DNA of 64,000 nt from an uncultured Armatimonadia bacterium (GTDB lineage Bacteria; Armatimonadota; Zipacnadia; CAVVLO01), in contig CAVVLO010000004.1 of NCBI GenBank assembly GCA_963749155.1, forward strand, positions 94,810 to 158,809, written 5' to 3'. Below are positions 29,770 to 39,609 of the stretch, one piece after another. Each line of letters begins with the position of its first letter. Position 1 is the stretch's first letter. The position numbers and the translations under genes were made by a program. The notes beneath the pieces are model-generated. The model was not told the DNA's origin and searched no databases. It saw nothing but the letters and a program-made list of their open reading frames with translations.

Positions 29770-30736
29770 GTGATGAAGGCGGTTCGATACCACGACTACG
29801 GTGGACCCGAGGTGCTTTGTTACGAGGACGCGCCGATCCCGGAGCCGGGACCGCGTGAGGTCCTTGTCCGCGTCCACGCAGCGGGGGTGAATCCCGCCGA
29901 CCGGCAGATCCGCACGGGCCTGCGGTTCCGGCTGGAGAAGCCCTTCGCTTTCATCCCCGGCTGCGAGGTGTCAGGCGTGGTGGAGGAGACTGGGTCAGAC
30001 GTCACAGAGTTTACGGATGGCGACGACGTCTATGGCTTGCTCGGCTTTGGGGGCGGATATGCGGAATATGCGGTCGCAACCGCGGACAACCTTGGCCGGA
30101 AGCCCGTGTCTCTGGACCATGTGCATGCGGCCGCACTGCCGGTCGCCGCGCTGACCGCTTGGGATGCCCTGTTCGAGGTCGGGGGTTTAATCGCCGGGCA
30201 GCAGGTGCTTATTCACGCGGCTGCTGGCGGTGTCGGGCACATCGCCGTTCAGTTGGCAAAGTGGCGGGGCGCCCATGTGATCGGCACGGCATCGGCACGG
30301 AACGAAGCGTTCCTCCGGGAACTCGGTGTCGATGAGTTCATCGACTACCGGGCCACCGCGTTCGAGTCCGTTGTGCGGGACGTGGATGTGGTTCTCGATT
30401 TGATCCCCCGAGAGGCCGACGATGGGATCGATGCACTCGCCTGGGAGACGATGGACCGATCTTGGGCGGCCCTCAGGGACGGCGGAATTCAGGTTTCGAT
30501 CTGCGCCAACCCGACGCCCCGGCCCGATGCTGCCAAGCGAGGACTTCGCGGCGCATACGCGGTAGCCAGGCCCGAGCAAGGAGCTCCTGAGCCGGATTGC
30601 CGGTCTGGTTGACGAAGGGAAGCTGAGACCCGATGTCGGCACGGTCTTCTCCCTGCGGGAGGCCAGACAAGCCCATGAGTTGATCCAGACAGGCCATACC
30701 CGTGGCAAGATCGTGTTGCGGGTGGATGAGCTATGA
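29770..30736 (+). CDS. NADP-dependent oxidoreductase (MDR/quinone reductase), indel near 30570
   Basis: MKAVRYHDYGGPEVL, AAGVNPAD and HAAAGGVG; shifted frame continues ..GHTRGKIVLRVDEL*. Confidence 0.85.
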
Positions 30737-31077
30737 CAAGCCCGGAAGCTTTGCCCGCCGGCTCGACGGACCCCTTCATGGGCTACATGGAACCGCTGGT
30801 CAGCCTGCCCGGCGCCGGCGGCGCAGTATTTCACCGGGCTGGCCGCTCCGACTCTCCAGACATACGCGCCGACCGGGATCTTGATCTGGTACTCGGTGGC
30901 ATGTCTGTCTTCCCGGCCTTGACCGTTCTGGGCGTGACGCTCGCACGCCCGCCACTCTTGCTGGCGACTGACCTAGATGTCGCTGTCCCCTGTCTCTGGG
31001 CAACGGGTGCCATTTCTTCACTCATTGCCAAGCGCAGCTAGCAGTGCGTGCCTGTCAACGCCCAGGCTACTCGAAGA

Positions 31078-31159
31078 GGCTGACTGACATCGAGTACCCG
31101 GACTCTTCCGAGACCAACTACATATAAAACTCTGCCGGGCAGCGACTGACCAAGGTCGC
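31078..31159 (+). repeat. Rhs core homology fragment A (non-coding)
   Basis: Near-identical to 35401-35481 and about 63471-63551 (LTDIEYPDSSETNY..NSAGQRLTKV) with an internal TAA. Confidence 0.85.
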
Positions 31160-31225
31160 CTTCAGCGCGGTCATTAGGGGGATTTGGGCTAGACCAAGCA
31201 TTTTTTTTGCATATGTGCTATACTT

Positions 31226-31234
31226 CGTGAAATT
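31226..31234 (+). promoter_or_regulatory. Extended -10 promoter for the helicase gene
   Basis: TGCTATACT after a T-tract, about 110 nt upstream of the start. Confidence 0.5.
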
Positions 31235-31344
31235 GTTACGTCGGTTCGGCACTGGCCTGGTTTTTGTCGTATGTATACGGCCTTCGCTAGCTCCTTAGAC
31301 TGAATCCGCGAGACAATAGCGAAGACAACCAGGAGAGTGCAGAA

Positions 31345-32856
31345 TTGAAAACCAGGGACACAGTCCTAACGTGCCGGCATTGCCAGGCACAATTTCCTTT
31401 TACCCCCGAGCAGCAGGCCGATTATGAGCGGCAAGGCTATGCTCTTCCCACCCGATGCCCCGAGTGCCAGGCCAAGCGCCAGGCCAAGCGGCAGGCTAGT
31501 CGCGGTGCGGATCCAACAACCACCACCCCCCGCAGCAAGCGGGCTGTCAAGCCCGAGCGCGAAGCGGGACAGGCTTCCGTAGCCCCAATGACCAGTTCCG
31601 AGAACAGAGTCAGTGAGGCCTTCAGGGCCTTCGGGCTGGATGGCCGCCTCGAGCGCGCCATCTGCGAGGCCGGCTTCGAGACGCCGACTCCCGTGCAGGC
31701 AGCGACTATACCCGCCGGGCTGGAAGGCCACGACATCATCGGCACCGCGCAGACAGGCACCGGTAAGACGGCGGCTTTCGTGCTGCCCATCTTGCAGCAC
31801 CTGTTGGAGAATCCCTCCAGGCGTCCAGGCACTCGCGTCGTGGTGCTTACTCCCACCCGCGAACTCGCCGAGCAGGTAAATGCCGTTTTCAAGCAACTTG
31901 GCAAATATACGAAAATCAAGTCGGCGACCGTCTACGGCGGCGTCGGGATGGGCCCGCAGCAGCGCGCTCTGCGCGACGGCACCGAGATCATCGTAGCCTG
32001 CCCCGGCAGGCTGCTCGACCATATGGATCGCGGCAACACCAATTTCAGCACCGTGGACAAGCTTGTGCTGGATGAGGCCGACCGGATGCTGGATATGGGC
32101 TTCCTTCCGCCAATCAAGCGCATCCTTTCCAAGCTTCCGAGCGACCGGCACACGCTGCTTTTCTCGGCCACTTTCGCCCCCGAGCTCAACCAGCTCGCCG
32201 CGGACCATCTGAAGAACCCGCAGCGTATAGCCGTTGATCTTCACGCGCCGGCCACGACTGTTGCGCATGCCCTTTATCCGTGCCCGCAGCATCGCAAGAC
32301 CGCCCTTGTGTTGAGGCTCCTCGAGAAGACGGACACTCAATCAGTCTTGATCTTCATCCGCACCAAGCACAAGGCAAGTCAGGTGGCTGAGCAGATCGAG
32401 AAGGCGGGTTACAGCACCGCCGCGCTGCACGCCAACAAATCTCAGTCGCAGCGTCAGACTGCGCTGAAGGACTTCCGCTCGGGGCGTTGCCAGATAATGG
32501 TAGCGACCGACATCGCGGCCCGCGGGCTGGACGTAGAGTCTATCTCGCATGTCATCAACTACGATATCCCCGACACCGCGGATACCTATATCCATCGCAT
32601 CGGCCGCACTGGCAGAGCCGAGCGCACAGGTCACGCTCTGACCCTCGTCACCCGCGAGGACAAGGGACTGGTCTATGAGATCGAGAAAGTACTTGGAGAC
32701 ACTATCGAGTGCGTAAAACTCGAGGATTTCGATTACAGCATACCTGTCAGCCAAAACGCGAAGTTCAAGCAGGGCTCTCCTTCCCCGCGCGGCCAGAGAA
32801 GCGCGCCGACTTCCTTCACCTCACCGCGCAAGCGTCGTGGAAGTCAACTGCGTTAG
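31345..32856 (+). CDS. DEAD-box RNA helicase (RhlE-like) with N-terminal zinc ribbon
   Basis: AQTGTGKT, PTRELA, DEAD, SAT, ARGLD and HRIGRTGR; N-terminal CxxC..CxxC; SD AGGAG. Confidence 0.93.
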   Translation: MKTRDTVLTCRHCQAQFPFTPEQQADYERQGYALPTRCPECQAKRQAKRQASRGADPTTTTPRSKRAVKPEREAGQASVAPMTSSENRVSEAFRAFGLDGRLERAICEAGFETPTPVQAATIPAGLEGHDIIGTAQTGTGKTAAFVLPILQHLLENPSRRPGTRVVVLTPTRELAEQVNAVFKQLGKYTKIKSATVYGGVGMGPQQRALRDGTEIIVACPGRLLDHMDRGNTNFSTVDKLVLDEADRMLDMGFLPPIKRILSKLPSDRHTLLFSATFAPELNQLAADHLKNPQRIAVDLHAPATTVAHALYPCPQHRKTALVLRLLEKTDTQSVLIFIRTKHKASQVAEQIEKAGYSTAALHANKSQSQRQTALKDFRSGRCQIMVATDIAARGLDVESISHVINYDIPDTADTYIHRIGRTGRAERTGHALTLVTREDKGLVYEIEKVLGDTIECVKLEDFDYSIPVSQNAKFKQGSPSPRGQRSAPTSFTSPRKRRGSQLR

Positions 32857-32880
32857 GAAAGACCTTTAACCGCCTCACAG

Positions 32881-32920
32881 AAGCCGCTGGGCCGAACGAC
32901 TGGCCTGGCGGCTTTTTGTT
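32881..32920 (+). terminator. Rho-independent terminator
   Basis: AAGCCGCTGGGCC / GGCCTGGCGGCTT stem followed by a T-tract. Confidence 0.85.
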
Positions 32921-32978
32921 GGGGCTACCTGGAGTATAATTGTAAGAGTGTCAGTGACGCCCAGGAGGAGGCCGGCAG

Positions 32979-33688
32979 GTGGTGGACAGCTCCCAGGCCG
33001 TCGAGAACAGCTACTGCTACGAGGCCTTCGGGCAGCCGACGGTCGGCCAGAGCGACGTGGCCAACCCTTACCTCTTCGTTGGCGGGTACGGCGTCCAGTG
33101 GGAGAGCACCCCGAGCCTCTACTTTATGCAGGCCAGGTACTACGGCCCGGGCGTCGGCCGGTTCATCTCGGAGGACCCCGTATGGCGGCTCCCCGCAGGA
33201 CCCGATGAGTCTGCACCGGTACCTGTATTGCGCCAATGGGCCGGTGAGCAGCATCGATCCTGCTGGGCTGTTCCGGCTGAACCTGCGCTTCTGGGACCTG
33301 GGCGGTCCTGACAGTAGTTGGTACTGGTTCTGGCGCGCAGAGACGTGGCGTGAGGCCTACGGCTGCCGTCGGTATGTTGAGCCGCCACCGCCGCCCCCAC
33401 GGTGACGCCTCCGGTCGTGCCACCCATCAGTCGGTGGGCCTGGCCGTTCCCAGATCCCGGATCGGCCTGTGATGCGTGGAGGCAGGGAAACAACAACTAT
33501 TGCGGCGACTGCTGTGACGAACTGTCTGGTGACCTGCACGCAGAACGTGTGCGCAGCCCATCAAAGAAGGGCACTCTTGAGCACCGGCGATACGGGCGGC
33601 GTGGGTGGTGTGCCTCGATCAGTGTGACAAGAATCCCGCCTGCAACCCACACCAATGGTTCCTGCCGTTCACAGCGCCCGGACTGTAA
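32979..33688 (+). CDS. Orphan Rhs module B: core end plus Pro/Cys-rich C-terminal toxin (frameshifted)
   Basis: Matches about 63733-64000; ARYY.P.VGRFISEDP..YCANGPVSSIDPAG, then a unique CT. Confidence 0.8.
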
Positions 33689-33696
33689 GGGGCTGA

Positions 33697-34982
33697 ATGA
33701 TGGTAGGGCTCAGGGCTAACTGGACCCTGCGCGGCTGCCTCCTCGCCGCCCTGCTCGCCGGGCGCTGGCGGGGTGCGGGCGAAGAGAGGTGCACCAACCT
33801 CTCGTGCCACAACCGCAAAACGCGGCAGTGGTTCCCACGGTGGCGACCATCCAGCCGCTGAGCACCAAGGCCGTGGCCGTAAAGGGCTATGCCCACTTGT
33901 GGCAGCCTACGTGGAATGGCCAGTCCACGCTGCTGGCTTGCTGCGCAGACGGCGACCCGAAGGACCGCTACGAGCCCAAAGCAGGACTCTTCCTGCTCAG
34001 CCCCGAAGGGGCCGTCACGCCGGTCGCCGAGGGCACCCATCAGTGCAGCGGTCCGACGTTCAGCCCAGACGGTCAGCACCTGGTTTTCGGTCTCGCGCAT
34101 GTTGGCTACACGCGGGAGCAGAAGCAGCTGCTGGATAGCGGCCCGCGCAACGCCGAGGAAGCGTGGCTGATGACCAAGCAGAAGGCTGACGAGATCGCCC
34201 GGCTGGGGGCGCTGTCGCTGGATACTGAGTGTCGGTTGTGTACGCTGGCCGGGGGGCGGGTCTCGAAGGACGTTGCCCTGCCGACGAAGCTGCCCCTGGG
34301 GCAGTTGTGCTGGTCGCCTCAGGGGGACCTGCTGGCGGGATGGAGCAGCGAGCGAGTGAGCCGTGTCTGCGTGGTCTCGCCGACGGCGAAGCGCTACTGG
34401 CACGAGTGGCCAGTCCCTGATGAGGCAGCGCTCCGACGCCCACCGATCTGGTCGCCCGACGGTCTTCAGCTTGCTATGTTCGGTACGGCTCTTCTCCCCC
34501 AGGGCCTTCGGCGGGACTTGCTGTGCCTCACGACCGAGAGCGGCAACTGGCAGTTGGTGGCCGAGGGGAGGGATCTCGGTGGCAGCGGTGCGGAGACGCT
34601 GGCCTGGTCGCCCGATTCGAAGGCTCTCTGCTTCTACCGAACGGTGGATGGCACGGTCGAGTTCCGGCGCTTTGAGGTGGCCACCAAGACAGAGGAGTTG
34701 CTGTTCAGCCTGCCCTTGAAGCCGATGCAGGGCCTGAACGGGCTTGCGTGGAGCCCGTCGCGAACCGCTGTCGCGTTCCTGGTTATCCCGGCGACTGGCT
34801 CTTGGAGCCAGCCCAACGAGAACGCCCTGTACGTACTCAGCCAGGGCGGCCTAGAGCAGTTAACGCTGCCTGAGACCGACCTCTCTGAAGTCGCCTGGTC
34901 GCCCGATGGCCGGTGGCTCGCGACCGTCGCAGGCGGCAACCAGGTGTTCTTCATCGAACTCCCGGAGAAGCTGAGGACTAGC
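33697..34982 (+). CDS. Lipoprotein TolB/PD40-like beta-propeller, putative immunity protein
   Basis: Repeated W/FSPDG; restoring one base near 33760 gives MMVGLRANWTLRGCLLAALLAGALAGC (lipobox); 3' end runs into the next Rhs copy. Confidence 0.7.
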
Positions 34983-34985
34983 GCC

Positions 34986-36362
34986 ACACCTCGCGCAATT
35001 GGCTGGAGGAGCTCTCGAACCGCAAGTCGGATGAGACGGTGCTCTCCAGCTTCGCCTATGACCACGACGACTGCGGCAACCGGACTCAAATGACCGAGGC
35101 CACGGCGACGTCACCACCTAGGCTTACGATGCCCTCTACGAGCTGACCGGGCAGACGAAGCGCAACTCGGGGAACGTAGTACAATATAGTTATAGCTACA
35201 CTTACGACGACATCGGCAACAGGCTGACTCTTACCGACCAGGGGAGCGCGGTGACGACCTCCACTTACAACGCGGGCGGGCAGTTGACGGGGACGGACGC
35301 CTCCGGGACGCTGACCACCTACACCTACGATGCCTCGGGCAATCTCCAGCCGAGGTCACGAGCGCCGGGACGCGCTCCTACACCTGGGACTACGACGACC
35401 GGCTGACCGACATCGAGTACCCGGACTCTTCCGAGACCAACTACATCTACAACTCCGCCGGGCAACGGCTGACGAAGGTCGAGGGTGGGCGCACACGACC
35501 AGGTTCGTCTACGATGGGGCGAAGGTAGTGCTGGAACGCGACGGCGATGACGAGACCCAGGTGCGTTACACCCACGAGGGCGGCTCGCTCTACGACGACC
35601 TCCTGAGCCAGCGACGCGACGGGGCCAGCTACGACTACCTGCTCGATGGGCTGGCGAGCGTGAAGCAGGTGGTTGACAGCTCCCAGGCCGTCGAGAACAG
35701 CTATTCCTATGAGGCCTTCGGGCAGCCGACGGTCGGCCAGAGCGACGTGGCGAACCCTTACCTCTTCGTCGGCGGCTACGGGGTCCAGTGGGAGAGCACC
35801 CCGAGCCTCTACTTTATGCAGGCCAGATACTACAGCCCGGGCGTCGGCCGGTTCATCTCCGAGGACCCCTATGGGCGGCTCCCCGCAAGACCCGCTGAGT
35901 CTGCACCGGTACCTGTATTGCGCCAATGGGCCGGTGAGCTACACGGATGCGGGCGGGCAATTCGAGTTCAGTCGGCTTGGGGCCGCTAGGGAGTGGCTCT
36001 TCTACAATCCGGTGGGTGCATTGCCGTGGGCGCTGATATGCTACCGTATCGGCATGCAAGCCAGGCTCACTGCCGACAGTGCAACCAAACACCTGTTCCC
36101 CAGCGCGAACATCTACGACGTGAGGACGCCATCCGATGCGGTGGTGCACTGCATCTGGCACTGCGAGATCACCCGTGCGTTCGGCGCCAACTGCTCATCG
36201 GTTGTGGGCACGGGACACGAGATTGGGTGTTCGGAGGGGCTGCAGGAAGCCGCCCGTGACGACTGGAACAACCTTATGGGTAGGCTATACGCTCTGTTGT
36301 GTGATGAGTCGTGTCCACAAGCATGCATGAACGCCCTCCGCAGCGGCCGGCTTGCGTTCTGA
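34986..36362 (+). pseudogene. Orphan Rhs module C: long core copy plus DUF6973-like C-terminal toxin
   Basis: 34986-35940 matches about 63053-64000; CT contains DAVVHCIW..GHE..DDWNNLMGR. Confidence 0.8.
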
Positions 36363-36400
36363 GGCGCCCGCTCTGATGTGATTGGGGCGCATAGCCGGCT

Positions 36401-36883
36401 TTGCTCAGGGAGGTGGTACGAGTGGCGATAGACCACCGGTCTGGTGGACCAGTTCGCGGCATGGCGATAGGTGTCGTAGCAGTCATCGTGATGGCTGTTG
36501 CCTGGTGCTGGTTAGTGCCTGACCTGTCAGGCGGCGACTCGAGGGCGTTTGATTCGTCTGTGTGGCGTGCGTCAGGGGGCACTGTTCAAGGGGCAAACGC
36601 TAGATGGGAAATGACGCACTCTTTGTTGAGGGACCATCTCAGCGTAGGTCTGAAGAGAGGGGACGTGTCGCGCCTATTGGGCGAACCAGACTCCATAGCA
36701 TTGTATGCTGCCGTGAGGTCGTGGGGTCTGCGTGATAGTGCAACTACGGATCTGTCTCCGGAGCAAGCTAGCGAATGGGACTATGTCGTCCGCGCGCCTA
36801 CGGGTGGGATTGATCCTTGGTACCTCGGCTTGTTCTTCGACGGCGACGGCCGACTCGCCGGGTGGAAGGTCTTCCCGACGTGA
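36401..36883 (+). CDS. Membrane-anchored SmpA/BamE-like protein, putative immunity protein (start uncertain)
   Basis: N-terminal TM; GLKRGDVSRLLGEPD..WDY..LFFDGDGRL; directly follows the CT. Confidence 0.6.
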   Translation: MLREVVRVAIDHRSGGPVRGMAIGVVAVIVMAVAWCWLVPDLSGGDSRAFDSSVWRASGGTVQGANARWEMTHSLLRDHLSVGLKRGDVSRLLGEPDSIALYAAVRSWGLRDSATTDLSPEQASEWDYVVRAPTGGIDPWYLGLFFDGDGRLAGWKVFPT

Positions 36884-37978
36884 GGACTTGCCAGCGCTTA
36901 CAGCCCAAACCAGGCAACCTCCAGGCCGAGGTCACGAGCGCCGGGACGCGCTCCTACGCCTGGGACTACGACGACAGGCTGACCGACATCGAGTATCCCG
37001 ACTCAAGCACCGTGGCGTTCGCCTACAATGCCGCGGGCAGACTTTACGGTCGAACTGAGACGCCTCTGCCGAGGACTCCACAACTGCAGAAGGTTCTGTA
37101 TGACGGCGCCAAACTGGTCTGCTCCAAAGACGGCGATGGAAATACCCAGGTCAGATACACTACGCAAGGGCCTGCTCCCTATGGCTGATGTGATCAGCCA
37201 GCGCCAGAACAACCAGACTTATTACTACATGCTGGACGGCATACATAACGTCTATCAAGTGCTGGACTCGCTCCTGGCAATCCGCAACACCTACGATTAC
37301 GACTGGTTCCGCTATATGACTCAACGCAATGAGGAGATTCGAAACGACTACCATGTGAGTCTGTGGACGACGTTGTATCTGGACTACTCACTCTACCAGG
37401 CAGAGCAGCTTTGCTATCAGGCGCTCTACGGCAGGAACATCCAGATGCCGTTTAACAATGCTCGGTTTTACCAGCCTCCTTTATCGCGAGTTCGTGGCGC
37501 GGGACGCTGTATTATCGCCAACGCCGATGCGGTCGGCAGGGATTGGAGCGTCTGCGGGAGCGGGAGCGGGCGCGACATGCTCGGCATCGAAGCCGGACAC
37601 TTCCGAGGTTTGTATTATCGTGACAGCCGGCGGTCAAGGTAGTGGTGGTATAGGGCCGACTGGTGTCGGGTAGGTGGTGGGGTTCTGGAGTTCGTTTGCG
37701 GATCTGGCGTATATAGCTATTGGTTCTGGTGCTATTCGGCTGGGATCATTGGTCTGGCACTCGGTGGTTATCTGCATGTGGGCTTTGGCAGATTCGATGA
37801 CCCCTCACATATGGAAGGTTCTAGCACAGCACTGAGTCTTACAGCTAAGATAGGGGGGGGGTTAGGCGTAACGGTCGGTGACAGTTACGGACACGGGGGT
37901 GTTGAGTTCGGTGGCGGTGCGAGCTGTGGCATCGTGCATTGCTATCTGCAACGGCTTGCCCCTCCGCTACTCTTCTGA
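36880..37978 (+). pseudogene. Orphan Rhs module D: chimeric/divergent core plus Gly-rich CT (frameshifted)
   Basis: About 36912-37005 matches the main core, then diverges (YYYMLDGIHNVYQVLD); CT has GASAGAGAG and GGGLGVTVG. Confidence 0.7.
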
Positions 37979-37979
37979 T

Positions 37980-38462
37980 ATGGGCAATACGTGTTTCACC
38001 TATATGCCACTTGGACCCTGGGGCGTGTGGTTGAACCGCCTGGTGGTTTGCTTCATCACTTTCCTGGCTCTATTCATAATGGCTGCCAAGCTCTGGATAT
38101 GGCCCACTGCTGAGCCTCAAGCCGACACGGGCGGATTGTTGGTTCTACTCGGCATCTCGGTGTTTCTTGTTGCGATGGGTCTGCGATCTATCTCGGCGAT
38201 TACAGTCTCGGGCAAGACACTTCGGTTCCAGTTGGCTTTCGGAACCTGGTCGGTCGCGGTCGACAAGCTCGTGTGCGTCAGAGGCAGTATCACCTGGGAG
38301 GGCGTCCTGACACTTGCTTCCCTCTCCTTCGTCGTACCCGCGCCGTTCTACACACTCCCCTATATGCGATTAAGGATTTCTGGCCGCAGGTCAGGCGATC
38401 CTTATATGACCCAGCTATACCGGCTGCTTCTTGTTTCTGACGGAGCACACGCAGGACTGTGA
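37980..38462 (+). CDS. Membrane protein, putative immunity protein
   Basis: Two TM helices then a soluble beta-rich tail; starts 2 nt after the CT stop. Confidence 0.55.
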   Translation: MGNTCFTYMPLGPWGVWLNRLVVCFITFLALFIMAAKLWIWPTAEPQADTGGLLVLLGISVFLVAMGLRSISAITVSGKTLRFQLAFGTWSVAVDKLVCVRGSITWEGVLTLASLSFVVPAPFYTLPYMRLRISGRRSGDPYMTQLYRLLLVSDGAHAGL

Positions 38463-38527
38463 TCTTGCTGGCTGGCCTGTGAGGCCACTCGAGACCGGCG
38501 GCATACTAGAGGTTAGAACGGAGAAGG

Positions 38528-39039
38528 ATGGCGCGCGGAGCTTCGCCTGGCCCCGGGCTTTGCTGCTGCGCGAGTTTATACCAAGCGGAGCGATTGCTCT
38601 GGTTTTCGTTTGTTTTCCCGCCTTCTCTCTCGCCCTGGTGTCCAACGCCAATGGCATTAGTTGGGCTGCTGCACTACGTGCGGATCCCTGTGCTGACTGC
38701 TCTCCTTGTCGGTTTGGAGTTGTTCGTGGCCCTTTGGTGGGGGCCCATGCTCTGGACACAACTGCGTGTCACAGTCGGAACCGAGCTAGAGATTCGCGTC
38801 CTCGTGCGGACGATACGCATCCCTTGGCACTCGGTCACGGCCCTGACCGGCGGGGAGTTCACCTCCGGGCTGCTGTTCTACCCAAGTGGCAGCGGTTACT
38901 TGCGGCTGGACACGTGAACCAGAGCGGTCGCAAGCGCCATATCGTGTTGCCACCACTCTTCGGACTGAACGACAAGTTTGTGAAGGCCCTCCTCGCCAAG
39001 TTGGAAGAAAGGGGTAGACCGGGACTGGTGATAGAATGA
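38528..39039 (+). CDS. Two-TM protein with PH-like domain (indel near 38905), putative immunity protein
   Basis: TM pair then LRVTVGTELEIR..IRIPWHSV; continues in the shifted frame to TGA 39039. Confidence 0.5.
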
Positions 39040-39609
39040 GGTGTCTGTATTGTAGTTTACATTATTACACCTACAACTCCGCCGGGCAACGGCTGACGAA
39101 GGTCGAGGGCGGGGCAACGACCAAGTTCGTCTATGATGGGGCGAAGGTACGTGCTGGAGCGCGACGGCGACGACGAGACCGAGGCACGCTACACCCACGA
39201 GGGGGGCTCGCTCTACGACGACCTGCTGAGCCAGCGGCGCGACGGGGCCAGCTACGACTACCTGCTCGACGGGCTGGCGAGCGTGAAACAGATAGTCGAC
39301 AGCTCCGAGGCCGTCGAGAACAGCTACAGCTACGAGGCCTTCGGGCAGGCGACGGTCGGCCAGAGCGACGTGGCAAACCCTTACCTCTTCGTTGGCGGCT
39401 ACGGCGTCCGGTGGGAGAGCACCCCGAGCCTCTACTTTATGCAGGCCAGGTACTACGGCCCGAGCGTCGGCCGGTTCCTCTCGGAGGATCCCTACGGCGG
39501 CTCGCCGCAAGACCCGATGAGTCTGCATCGGTATCTCTACTGCGGCAATGGGCCGGTGAGCAGGACGGACCAGCAGTGCGCGCGGCAGTCCATGAATCGG
39601 GAGGGCTAA
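39036..39609 (+). pseudogene. Orphan Rhs module E core (CT downstream unreadable)
   Basis: 39066-39560 matches about 63512-64000 through YCGNGPV. Confidence 0.8.

Noticed and set aside
30733..31041. 102-aa ORF after the oxidoreductase
   Set aside because: Partly hydrophobic but no recognisable family; it may be a decayed membrane-protein gene, so it was not called
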